From Schizochytrium sp. TIO01 (Eukaryota > Protista > Bigyra: Labyrinthulomycetes), in NCBI GenBank assembly GCA_004764695.1, contig SMSO01000014.1:5528845-5592844 (forward strand): 64,000 nucleotides of DNA, written 5' to 3'. The notes under the pieces were generated by a model. That model saw nothing but the letters and a program-made list of their open reading frames with translations, ran no database searches and was not told the origin of the DNA. Positions 45,449 to 55,351 of the stretch are shown here, in pieces. How positions within the stretch are numbered: position 1 is the stretch's first letter; every line of letters begins with the position of its first letter. Both the position numbers and the translations under genes were made by a program.

Positions 45449-45481
45449 GGATGTATTGATGTATTGATTGATTGATTGATT
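45250..45481. repeat. (ATTG)n microsatellite with a recurring 12-bp higher-order unit GTATTGATTGAT
   Basis: Read directly. Confidence 0.95.
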
Positions 45482-45776
45482 TAGCCGAAGTAAAAAAAGA
45501 AAATGAGAGAGTAATTCATGTTGAGAAGTCTTTACGGTCAAGAAACGTTGAGGTGGTGGGGAAACAAACACAAGCCCTCGAGCTTGAAACGCTCCCCAGC
45601 TCGGGCCTCAGGGAGGGAGGTTGCGGCGCAAGGCTCGAGCCCGGGGCCTGTGGAGGAGCAGGGCGCGACGCACTCCTCTGGCGCTCGCGACGGCCGCTCA
45701 CAGAAGCAGCAGGCACGCTTTCACGATCGATGATGACTGCGATCGATCGACAGCAATTCTGAGGCATCTGTCGCAT

Positions 45777-45803
45777 AAACAAACAAACAAACAAACAAAC
45801 AAA
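45777..45803. repeat. (AAAC)6 microsatellite
   Basis: Read directly. Confidence 0.95.
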
Positions 45804-46232
45804 TGAACAAAGACAGAGGCGATTGAGAAACGCACAAGTGGACAATCCGCGGCCAAAGTGAAACAAAAGGGGGCTTTACAGTGAAACAAATAAATACTCC
45901 ATAGTAGGGGAGGAGTACGCTGAGGTGGTCCAAAGTTGATTCGGTCGATCGAATCGACACATGTAGCATGAATAAAATTCACGTCATCTCGTGTCGTGTC
46001 GTGCGAGTGCTCTGCCGTGTTAATAATCTCGCTACAGCTGGTCGAAAGTCGCGAGGTCGCGCCCATGCGACGAAGACCATCGCACTCCATGCACCGTTAA
46101 CCAATTGGAAACCGCTTGGGCAGGCAGGGAATCGCAGCAGAGACGGACCTGAAAGTTTTTTCCCTGCACTTGCACTGCTATAGTTTTAGGTATGTGGAGG
46201 CGCTCTTTTCGCTTTGAACTTTGGTTTCTTTC

Positions 46233-46541
46233 TTTGTTTGTTTCATTGTTTGTTTGTTTGTGTGTGTTAAACTTGAAAAGGTTTTGTTTGTTTGTTTGTT
46301 TGTTTGTTTGTTTGTTTGTCAGTTGTTTGTTTGTTTGTTTGTTTGTTTGTTTGTTTGTTTGTTTGTTTGTTTGTGTTTGTTTGTTTGTTTGTTGTTTGTT
46401 TGTTTGTTGTGTTTGTTTGTTTGTTTGTTTGTTTGTTTGTTTGTTTGTTGTTTGTTGTTGTTGTTTGTTTGTTTGTTGTTTGTTTGTTTGTTTGTTTGTT
46501 TGTTTGTTTGTTTGTTTGTTTGTTGTTGTTTGTTTGTTTGT
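46233..46541. repeat. Imperfect (GTTT)n microsatellite, ~300 bp
   Basis: Read directly; explains the spurious CLFV/KQTN ORFs. Confidence 0.95.
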
Positions 46542-46864
46542 ATGGAAATCTTGAGAAGAAAGAAATCAAAATTTGGTAGTTTTAGACGAGTGAATGAAAT
46601 GTAATGTGTACTAAGAGTTTGCCTATGACTCCTATGGATGCATGTACATTACATGGTATACACATAATAACATTGATTGCATAGAAGCGTGTGATCTTGG
46701 CGACTTGGACAGCGGCAGACATTCATCGCTCGAGACGGCTTGCTGGTGCGTCCGCTGGGCGGGCTCACTAGGTCGGTGGGAGGGATCCCTAGCTTGGTGG
46801 TTGAGGTGGCAGCTTCGCCCCCTTGCAGCGCAAGGGGCCAGGTCGCGGCCTTGGAAAGTAATTC

Positions 46865-48754
46865 ATGATCCCGCCGCCACCCCCTGACGAGCCTCCCCCG
46901 GCCAGCTCAGCCTCGGCATCTGGAGCCGACAGAATGCACGCTGCGACCTCACCGAGGTATACAGGAGTATCTTCGTCCTCGTCTTCATCCGCGTCCTCCA
47001 ACGGGGGGTCACCGAGATCCAGGTTCCAGGACCCTGCCGTCTACGGCAACAGCAACAACCACAGCGATCGCAACAGTTTTGGCAAAAGCGCAAGCAACTA
47101 CGGCGGAAACATGTATGTACAACCAGGAAGCACATCAAACTCTCTCGCTATGCAGCACGTGCCGCAGCCGCAGCAGCAGAAAGCTCGCAAGGACCGCGCT
47201 GCAGAACTCGAGCTACGCCAAGTGGCCGAGACATTGAGCAAGACTGGCAAGGTGCTCAACGCAGGTCTCACACAAGCCAATGAGCAGGGTCAGCGCCTAC
47301 GAGGAGCCATCGCAAAGCTTGAGCGTGCTAGGGAGTGGAGCACTGCCGAGCGTACCCGTGCTCAAGACGAGATTTCGGCATACTTTCATAATTTGCATGA
47401 AGTGCTTCGGGCGAAGGAGGCAGAGCTCCTGAGGGACTGCAAGGGCGTTTACGAAGTGCAAGATGATGACCAGAGCAGGCGCCTTGAGGAGCTTGTACAC
47501 GAGGGCCAAAGGTTATCAAAAGCATGCACGACAATCCAGAGTCTGAATGAAGGTACAGCGAACGCCACTCTGGGTTCCCTGAATGAGCCGCTTAATGCTT
47601 TGCTGGAGGCGCTCGAGTCCTCTGCGAAGGCCATTGAAAACGAGGAGGAGCTTTCCATGCAGGACGCTGCTAGACTTGCAAACGGACCTTCATCAGCTGG
47701 AGATGCTGAGAATAATGCACTGGCTGCACCCGGCGGTGGCGAAGATAGGGGTGTCAAGTTCTACTTTTGCCAGGATAAGGAAATCCAGCGCTCCATCGAG
47801 GGCATCGAAATGGTTCACTTCGAGCAGGTATCGCCGCCTGTGGTTCTTGTTGGAACGCCATCGGCTGTTGACGAGGAAGCACGTCGTAGACGGCTTCTGC
47901 GAGATGGCCCGGCGGGCGGTCTCGCGGGCCACGCACAGGCCAGCCCGCGTGTAACTCCGCCCCACCAAGAAATGGCGGGGCTCCGTCTCGACGGTCAGTT
48001 TGCCAGCCCCATGTCTCGGGGCACGGGCGGTAAAAGCGCTGGCCACGGCAACAGCAGTGCCAATGGCGGAGCTGGAGGCAACAGCCGCATGCCAGAGAAG
48101 CGCCTCTCAGGAGCGACACCGCGTCGGTACAGCGGCGAAATGGACAACAACGGACTTGCAGATAGCGCCTACGCACAGACGTACAAAATTAAAGCAGTAA
48201 TTCCATTTGAGGATGACGAGGATCCGCGTGGTGTGGTGCACTATTTGGGCACGCGCGCCAACACCCAAGTGTTCTCAAACCCGGCACTCTTTTCGCCAGA
48301 TGATGAAAGTCTCATCGTTCTGCGTGCAAGCTCCCGTATCGAGGGCGACCTCGCCAGCTTGTCTGCATTTAAACACCACGATGGTGCTTTCTTCGAGACG
48401 GACTCTGCCTTGTCTAGCTGGGTGTCTATTGAGCTGCCAAGCCCGATGGCCCCGTCACACTACACGTTGGGCTATTATGTGAACGGCCAAGACCACATTC
48501 CTCGCAACTGGGTCTTGCAGGGTAGCAAAGACAACACTAATTGGGCAACGCTCAAGGTGCACGAGAATGACACTTCCCTTGACGGCAAGCTGCACCTTTC
48601 GACCTGGCGCATCCCTGAACGTGCGGTTTCCCAGGCCGGACCCTTCCGTTTTTTCCGTGTCATGCAGACTGGCCCGACTTCCACAGGCACTATGTTTCTT
48701 GTGCTCAGCTTTTTGGAGCTCTATGGTACGCTCTTCACCGAGGCTGATTTATAA
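46865..48754 (+). CDS. TRIM-type coiled-coil + C-terminal galactose-binding/discoidin-like (HECTD1/BTB-associated, SUN-like) domain protein, 629 aa
   Basis: Coil ERTRAQDEISAYFHNLHEVLRAKEAELL; C-terminal FEDDEDPRGVVHYLGT..FSNPA, PSHYTL, RNWVLQGSKD..NWATLKVHENDTSL, FRFFRVMQTG, LSFLELYG. Confidence 0.8.
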   Translation: MIPPPPPDEPPPASSASASGADRMHAATSPRYTGVSSSSSSSASSNGGSPRSRFQDPAVYGNSNNHSDRNSFGKSASNYGGNMYVQPGSTSNSLAMQHVPQPQQQKARKDRAAELELRQVAETLSKTGKVLNAGLTQANEQGQRLRGAIAKLERAREWSTAERTRAQDEISAYFHNLHEVLRAKEAELLRDCKGVYEVQDDDQSRRLEELVHEGQRLSKACTTIQSLNEGTANATLGSLNEPLNALLEALESSAKAIENEEELSMQDAARLANGPSSAGDAENNALAAPGGGEDRGVKFYFCQDKEIQRSIEGIEMVHFEQVSPPVVLVGTPSAVDEEARRRRLLRDGPAGGLAGHAQASPRVTPPHQEMAGLRLDGQFASPMSRGTGGKSAGHGNSSANGGAGGNSRMPEKRLSGATPRRYSGEMDNNGLADSAYAQTYKIKAVIPFEDDEDPRGVVHYLGTRANTQVFSNPALFSPDDESLIVLRASSRIEGDLASLSAFKHHDGAFFETDSALSSWVSIELPSPMAPSHYTLGYYVNGQDHIPRNWVLQGSKDNTNWATLKVHENDTSLDGKLHLSTWRIPERAVSQAGPFRFFRVMQTGPTSTGTMFLVLSFLELYGTLFTEADL

Positions 48755-49033
48755 TTAAAAATCACATTTTGATGATAAGACAATGAATAACCACCGAAGC
48801 ACGATCGCAGCTCTAGCTGTGCGAACGCCGCCAGCTTTCTTTCATACGAAAACTTGAGCGATTCTCTGGCATACAGAACGCTTGAGTATCGCTTCTTTTG
48901 ACTGCTGTGGCATTAAGGTACAGTAGCTCTTAGGAGCACTCTATGGTACGCAGAGTGAATTGCGTGATCTCCAGGAACCGCGAGTGAGTAGTAGTAGCCA
49001 AAGTACTCGCAAAAAATATTCTTCTTTTTCTGT

Positions 49034-49066
49034 CTGAGTATCTAGGTACTGAGTATCTAGGTACTG
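49034..49066. repeat. Tandem duplication of a 15-bp unit (CTGAGTATCTAGGTA x2 + CTG)
   Basis: Read directly. Confidence 0.9.
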
Positions 49067-50930
49067 TTGAATGAATTCTATTCCAGATCCTTCCCCTGCT
49101 CATCTCTCAGTAAACCTGGGCGCTTCAACCCGATTAGACCTAAACACCTCCAACCGATGATTTCTCTAGTTAATCTTTAAAGTTTTCACAGGATGTCTCA
49201 CTCTTTATAACAAGAACTTTCGATCTTCATGCTTAGGAGAGTTTCCAGCCATACGGTGATAGCATCATGGTTGTGAGAATGTCTTGGAGTCATCCTTAAA
49301 CTTGTTTTTTTACTGATATGTCAGAATTACTTGTGACTAGTGAGAGTGATGATTTTACTTCTAACTTGAGGTTTACCCAATTCTGAAATAGTGATAGCAA
49401 TTCGAAGTTCTCGATGCCACCAAGTTCGTGCCTCAATCGATCCGTTTGGGTTCTCTGGCCACACTTGAAGACTGAACCCTGCGCGAGGTCATCAACTTGG
49501 AGGTGCAATTTGTACTGATATAATGACCAGAGGCGAATAATGATGCTTCTAACACTACATAAGGTTCACCGACCTTTCGAAATTGGAACAACGAAAGCGA
49601 ATAGTGTTTAGTGAGCGGTACCTAACTACTCCTAGCATAGTCCTGTTATAAAAATGTTTATTTAAAAAAAAAAATCCATTTCCATAAACTTGAGCGCGAA
49701 CCCTCGGTCAATAAACAGCTGTGCCTGTGTCAAGAAATGGGAACACTGGCCTGAGAGACCGAGCAGAGGGGCTTAACGAGGCTGGCTTACATCGTTTTAA
49801 AGCAGGTCAGGCCTCACCGTCCACACGATTGCGAGTGTTGAGCATGTGGGAATTCGTTCATCGTACTTTCTATGAACAATTTATGGTACTGAATGTACAG
49901 AAATCATGTTGAAGAGAGAACTAGCTAGGTATATTTCCTTTTTGCACAAAACTAACGTCGCAAAAGGTTATGATGATGACTTGTGTGGTGCCTACGTGCT
50001 GGCCATGCACTGCTTGTAATCTGATACTATAAATGGCTGCTTTCGAGGATCGGCCGTCGTCGCTCAGGTTAGAAAACCCCTTCGATAATTAGCTGATGCA
50101 AGTAATAAATAAATGGAAAGAAAAAATGTCCATCTCTATCAAATCTAATTAAAAAATTGAGGTTCGATACCCGCACAAACCGCCATATCTCCACATCCAC
50201 AACTCCAATTCGTTCTATTTCAAGGTCAAAACCTGCTTCGAGTCTTGTCAGAACTACATACCTGCGCTTCCCTTAGGTATTACGGCTCAGTCTACGACCT
50301 CTGTAGGTTCTGCGGAACAGGGTGACTCACAGTCTTCGCCGTGCCATGCGGCGCGCGCGGCGTGTGCCATTTACTAAGTTGGCCTCCGCGTAAGAAAAGG
50401 AGGCGCGATTGTGCTATCTCGTTGGCGAGGTTTCCGGTCGCAGAGCTTAAACAGGTCCACCTCGACGCGCTCGCGAAGCGCGGGCGCGGATCGGAGACGC
50501 TCAAGAAGGCCTCTGAGAGGCCACAGCGGCGCCAGGCCGACGAGGGTTGGTCACGCGGCAACAGCCACGCTTCCTAGGCGTCCGCGTTGTCATCCGCGTT
50601 GAAAAACCCGAAGGTATCATCTTCACTTACATCCATCCATCTTGGGCACCTGGAGCTCTTCCTGTCCACCTTTGATCTAAGCTTGAATCTGAAAATCTAA
50701 GTCGATCTCTGAAGCCTAGGTCTGTATTTAGGTCGACGTTGAAATCCAGCTTGACGATCTGATCTCCATCTGTATTGCTTGCGACGGCAGTATCATATTT
50801 GCTTCTGATATTTTTTTTCCCCAAATAGCTGCTCCTTAGCAAGCTTGATTCAACTGTGTTTGCAAATCTTCGCATACATTTAAGACCCTGGGATTTTTAA
50901 TCTTGCCTCAAGTCCTCTGTTAAAGGCATC

Positions 50931-53900
50931 ATGGAGGCAAGGTTTCGTGCCTTGGGGGGTCTTCGCCGTAAACGCGTAGCAATTGGCATCGATCTTGGCA
51001 CAGATTATGTCCGCGCAAGCGTTTATTCTGCGACAAAGAAACGGCCTGAGATGCTAGTTCTCAGGCCTGGCGAAGGTGGTAGTAGCTCTCTTGAAAATGC
51101 TGCTCTCGCTGGACCAGGCATGGCTTTTCTACACGCAGATGCCGAAGAAATTGGGCAACATGCGTGGGAACGGGTTAGAGAGGATTTCGTGCTTAAATGT
51201 GCTGCAATATTTACGCAGATCCACAACGCTGTCGCACTGCACTATGGCCGTGACCCGGAGACCGTGGAGTATTCACGCGTGGTGCTATGTACGTCAAGTG
51301 ATGAAACGTACTTTAGATTAGCACTTGAAGATGCTGCTGCAAAGTGCCCAAAGTTTTTTATCTCACACTATGTCACGGTCCCGCTCGCAGTTTGTCTCGG
51401 AGAGTGGGCTTATCAACAACGAAGTGCGTCAATGCCCAGAGCGCATGCTAAGGAAAGCAAAACTACAGCAGCAGCCGGGGTGGCTGCTGCTGTGCGCGAA
51501 GACGCCCTCTCTAGCGAGGTCAATGGCGTCGTTAGCGCTGGCGAAGCTGGGAGCCGAAGCTCTGGGTCTGAGCACAGCATAGAACGTGCCGCGGCAGTTT
51601 CAAGAGCTCGGTCTGGCCGTGGAAAGGGTCTTCGCGGAAGTGTATCATCCACAAATATTGCCTCATTCGCAACCGGTGCGACCTCAGGGTCAGCCTCGAA
51701 CCTTGGGGGGCTCTCAACATCATCATCACCGGCATCATCTTCGTCTCTATCGCCGGCCTCAGGGCCAAGTTTGGGAGGGCGGTCAAGTTCCTTATTTAGT
51801 ACTAGGATTCGCAAAGTCCTGGTGGTGGATGTGGGCGCAGGTGGGACCCGTGTAGGGCTTGTGCAGGTTACTTCAGGATTTCACAGCCAAGAAATATTTG
51901 CGTGCCTGTCCACGCGATGTACAAAGTTGATTACCAATACAGCGTTTATATCTGCCGTGCGTGAGGCACTCATCAAACGTAAGCAGGACGAAGGTGAGGA
52001 TGTTGACCCTAGCGATGCTGGACTTGATGAGGAAAGCCGCCGTCTCTGCTTTGATCTTCTTGATAAAGCGTCACGAGTGGACCCGCATTCACAAGATCCT
52101 AATGTTCGTATTCTTGGTCAACAACTTGAGTGGTTTAAACGAGTAAATCAACGACTATACGAGACCCTTGCCTCGATCATCAGGGAGGTGCTAGGAACCA
52201 CCGACGTAGTTATTGACAAAATGATTGTTCTAGGCGGAGGCGTACAACTGCCAGGTGTGTACAAAGCTATTTTAGGTGCTGTGAAGGCATCTGACGCGAG
52301 GGTTTTCTATCCCAAGTGGACTCCAAGCTTGCATATTGCAGCCTTAGGTGCTGCAGTACAAGCTGGGCTCTTGCGAAATGACAAATCTAGCCCGATCGTC
52401 TCAAAAGACATTAATACCAACCCGTTGTACCTTGAGATTGAGTATTACTGTAAAGTTAAACCTGATGGACAAAGTCAGCTGCTGCTACAGCAGCAGCAAG
52501 TAAAAGTACATGAGCAAGAGCAAGAACTAGGGCAAGGGCAAGGGCAAGAAGAAGAGCTAGAGGAACACGAACAGCAGCAAGATCTGGCTCATAATATTGA
52601 TGCAAAAAACACTCTGGGCGAGTCTGGATCTGAGAGGATTCTTGCATCTAGTGCACCAACAAGTACAACTGCCAGTAAAGACAAAAACCAGGTCCACCCT
52701 CGATCACTGGGCAGTAATACGGGCAATTCGGCTAAATTATTTGCTTGCCCTGAAGCAGTAGAAAAGGTAGTTCGCCGTTCTGTTGCTGTGCAGCGGAATA
52801 CCCCACTCCCTATATGTACCAATATCAAGCTGGAGCCGAGTACAGGGGCCATTGTTCGTCTTTTAGAAGAATTTTCGTTGCATTTGGGTGAACAGCCTCG
52901 CCGCTTTTGCGTGATTGCTGACCTCAAATTTGAGAATACCCAGGATTCAGTCATCACTGTAAGTAAGTATCGCGACGGTCCGCGTATTTCTTTGACTATC
53001 CGACGCCCAGATGGAGCCGAAGTATCGTGTACAGATCGACAATTTCGTGATAATCTTGCGCGCGAAGCTTTTCAACGACAGCGACGCTTAACACCACCTT
53101 CGCAGGCACGAAACGTTGGTGCTTGGCCCGTTGATGCTCAAGAGGAGGTTGCCATACATACAATACGAACAACCATTATTCACGTGGTTCGCGCCAAGGG
53201 CTTAGCTCGCGCAGACCGTTTTGGACGATCTGACCCGTACTGCGTGCTGTCGCTAAATGGAGAGCGCTTCGGACATACTCATATTGAACGTCGAACTCTA
53301 GATCCCGTATGGGACCAGAAAATTTATCTTGGTTTACCTAGTGCGCTACATGAGAAAGATATTCTCACCTTGGATGTCTACGATCATGATTTATTTTCGA
53401 CGGATGATTTTCTTGGTCGTGTGCGTATGACAGGTGCCGAGATTCAAGCCATGCCTCTACGGGAAGAACACTGGTTTACTCTAGATTTTCGGGACGACAT
53501 GCCTCGTAAACGTCAGCGCTTTGTCCAGGGCCGCATGGCTTTGCGCTTTTTGCAGCACGAATTCAGGCTTACTGAGAGTTTATTGGAGTTCCAGCGCATG
53601 GTTCGCTTGCAAGAACAGCGAAAAGCGAGGAAAGACGGAGCACAAGGTTTCACGACAAATCCATCTGGTGCTTCTTCTACGCGTCATCATCATCACCATC
53701 ATCACTATCAACAGCAACAGCATCAGCAGCACCGTCATCAAGAGCAGATAGGCCTCCCAGCAAACACGGATTCTAGTACTAAGGATGCTTTCTCATCATC
53801 AAGCCCTCGATCATCTGCAACGGGAGCTCGCCGATCATCACACGGAATAGCTATTCGTGCAAGGCACCGGGGAGGTCGAGGGCGGCCCCGCGTAAGCTCG

Positions 53901-54716
53901 ATGTCCTCGCCGCGAATCCAGGCATTTTCAAATTCTAATGAGAGCAATGGAAGTGCTCCTGGTATGCTTCTTGAACAGCATCTGAGTGACGAGGAGGTGT
54001 CCATCCGTCGCCGTATTGACAATTTTGGGGAGAGTCATGACAGTAATAATGAGAGCATTCCTGTTGGTCAAAGACAAGGTCAATTTAAGAGCGAGAGAAA
54101 TGCAGAAATAGAAGATGACGAGGAAGATGACGATGAAGACGACGACGACGACGACGATGACGACGACGATGATGACGACGAAGAGGATGATGACGAGGAT
54201 GGAGAAGGAGAGGAGCTTGACGACGAGGATTTTGAATATGAAGAAGAAGGCGAAGGTCGTGGCACTATGCATGGAAAGAATGATTCGTTCCCAATGACAA
54301 AGGATGAATTACGAATCCGTTGGCGCATATTGAGCGGCAACGTCCCTCCGCCGTCTGGTTCAATTTTTCCAGCAACCTCCTCAGTGTCCTCGTCAACATC
54401 GAGCTCATCTGCGGCCCAAGGTTCGGTTGCGTCGAATTGCCCTCCTCCCATTAGCGACAATTCAAATGCTGTAAATAACGCTGCATTGACAGGTGCAGTA
54501 GATAGCATTTATAACCCCAATGCGAGCAATATCTCAACGACAACTACTGTGGATGGAACAGTAGAAGGCGCTCAAAACTTCGAGTCAGCAGTCCCAGTAG
54601 AAATTATAAACCCTACCGCCATTCAGTCAAGCCCGCTTCAAACCTCGGTGCGGCCTCCTTCCCCAAAGCCTTCAGATTTCGGTGCGCAAACACAGACAAC
54701 CATTTCTGAGACGTAA
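50931..54716 (+). CDS. Divergent Hsp70-like (actin-fold) domain fused to a C2 domain and an acidic low-complexity tail, 1261 aa
   Basis: AIGIDLGTDY, VLVVDVGAGGT, MIVLGGG.QLPGV, AALGAAVQAGLL, VQRNTPLP; C2 IHVVRAKGLARADRFGRSDPYCVL..LDPVWDQ..DVYDHDLFSTDDFLGRV; poly-D/E tract at ~54110-54250. Confidence 0.8.
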   Translation: MEARFRALGGLRRKRVAIGIDLGTDYVRASVYSATKKRPEMLVLRPGEGGSSSLENAALAGPGMAFLHADAEEIGQHAWERVREDFVLKCAAIFTQIHNAVALHYGRDPETVEYSRVVLCTSSDETYFRLALEDAAAKCPKFFISHYVTVPLAVCLGEWAYQQRSASMPRAHAKESKTTAAAGVAAAVREDALSSEVNGVVSAGEAGSRSSGSEHSIERAAAVSRARSGRGKGLRGSVSSTNIASFATGATSGSASNLGGLSTSSSPASSSSLSPASGPSLGGRSSSLFSTRIRKVLVVDVGAGGTRVGLVQVTSGFHSQEIFACLSTRCTKLITNTAFISAVREALIKRKQDEGEDVDPSDAGLDEESRRLCFDLLDKASRVDPHSQDPNVRILGQQLEWFKRVNQRLYETLASIIREVLGTTDVVIDKMIVLGGGVQLPGVYKAILGAVKASDARVFYPKWTPSLHIAALGAAVQAGLLRNDKSSPIVSKDINTNPLYLEIEYYCKVKPDGQSQLLLQQQQVKVHEQEQELGQGQGQEEELEEHEQQQDLAHNIDAKNTLGESGSERILASSAPTSTTASKDKNQVHPRSLGSNTGNSAKLFACPEAVEKVVRRSVAVQRNTPLPICTNIKLEPSTGAIVRLLEEFSLHLGEQPRRFCVIADLKFENTQDSVITVSKYRDGPRISLTIRRPDGAEVSCTDRQFRDNLAREAFQRQRRLTPPSQARNVGAWPVDAQEEVAIHTIRTTIIHVVRAKGLARADRFGRSDPYCVLSLNGERFGHTHIERRTLDPVWDQKIYLGLPSALHEKDILTLDVYDHDLFSTDDFLGRVRMTGAEIQAMPLREEHWFTLDFRDDMPRKRQRFVQGRMALRFLQHEFRLTESLLEFQRMVRLQEQRKARKDGAQGFTTNPSGASSTRHHHHHHHYQQQQHQQHRHQEQIGLPANTDSSTKDAFSSSSPRSSATGARRSSHGIAIRARHRGGRGRPRVSSMSSPRIQAFSNSNESNGSAPGMLLEQHLSDEEVSIRRRIDNFGESHDSNNESIPVGQRQGQFKSERNAEIEDDEEDDDEDDDDDDDDDDDDDDEEDDDEDGEGEELDDEDFEYEEEGEGRGTMHGKNDSFPMTKDELRIRWRILSGNVPPPSGSIFPATSSVSSSTSSSSAAQGSVASNCPPPISDNSNAVNNAALTGAVDSIYNPNASNISTTTTVDGTVEGAQNFESAVPVEIINPTAIQSSPLQTSVRPPSPKPSDFGAQTQTTISET

Positions 54717-55351
54717 ATGATTAGTACTCAAAACTATTTTACCAAACAAAGCAAGGAATATGCTACGAACATAGACTTTATATCTTTAAAATGAATGCAT
54801 ATGTGGTATCTTCTGTTCTGAAAACAAAACCAAAATAGCTAGACCAAGTGTTTCACACTATAGTAGTTGTTATCGTGATGGCCCTGTATCTATGCTACTT
54901 GCTCACATACACTTAGATTTCATCGCTAGTGATTACAATTGAAGAACCATTTGTACTTGGTCCCAGAGAGTTTCCATGAAATTCAAAGATCCTTGCAGAA
55001 TTCCGGGGGAAATCGAAATGACAAAGAAGTGAAGTGAACCTCAGAAAGGTTCTCAGTGTTGGCTGGTGCAGTTAAACACGAAGAATAAGTGTAGCATAAG
55101 GAGAAGGGAGAGAATACAAAGTTAAAAGGTATAGCATTAAGGTTAGGTTAGGTTGGGACACAAAAGCAAATTAAAGCAACAGATAATGTACGTACACCAT
55201 TTACCAGTCTTAGAATTTGAAGAACCGGTCATGGCAATGGGAGTTAAGGGTAGAAATGCAGCAACAGATCAGCAAAGAGAACAAAAAGGAATGGAGCGGG
55301 GGCTTGCTAATGCGCACGCTGAGTAAGTATGTGACAGATACCTACTTTACC

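Noticed and set aside
45250-46541. Repeat arrays as CRISPR or telomere
   Set aside because: Simple 4-nt units with no unique spacers or cas genes; internal position and not a recognised telomere unit.
46192-46604. ORFs of CLFV/KQTN repeats (and the INQS ORF at 45281-45571)
   Set aside because: Translations of stop-free microsatellites, not genes.
50158-50180. GGTTCGATACCC B-box-like motif (similar at 7369 and 59197)
   Set aside because: No T-stem pairing or cloverleaf around it; not a tRNA.
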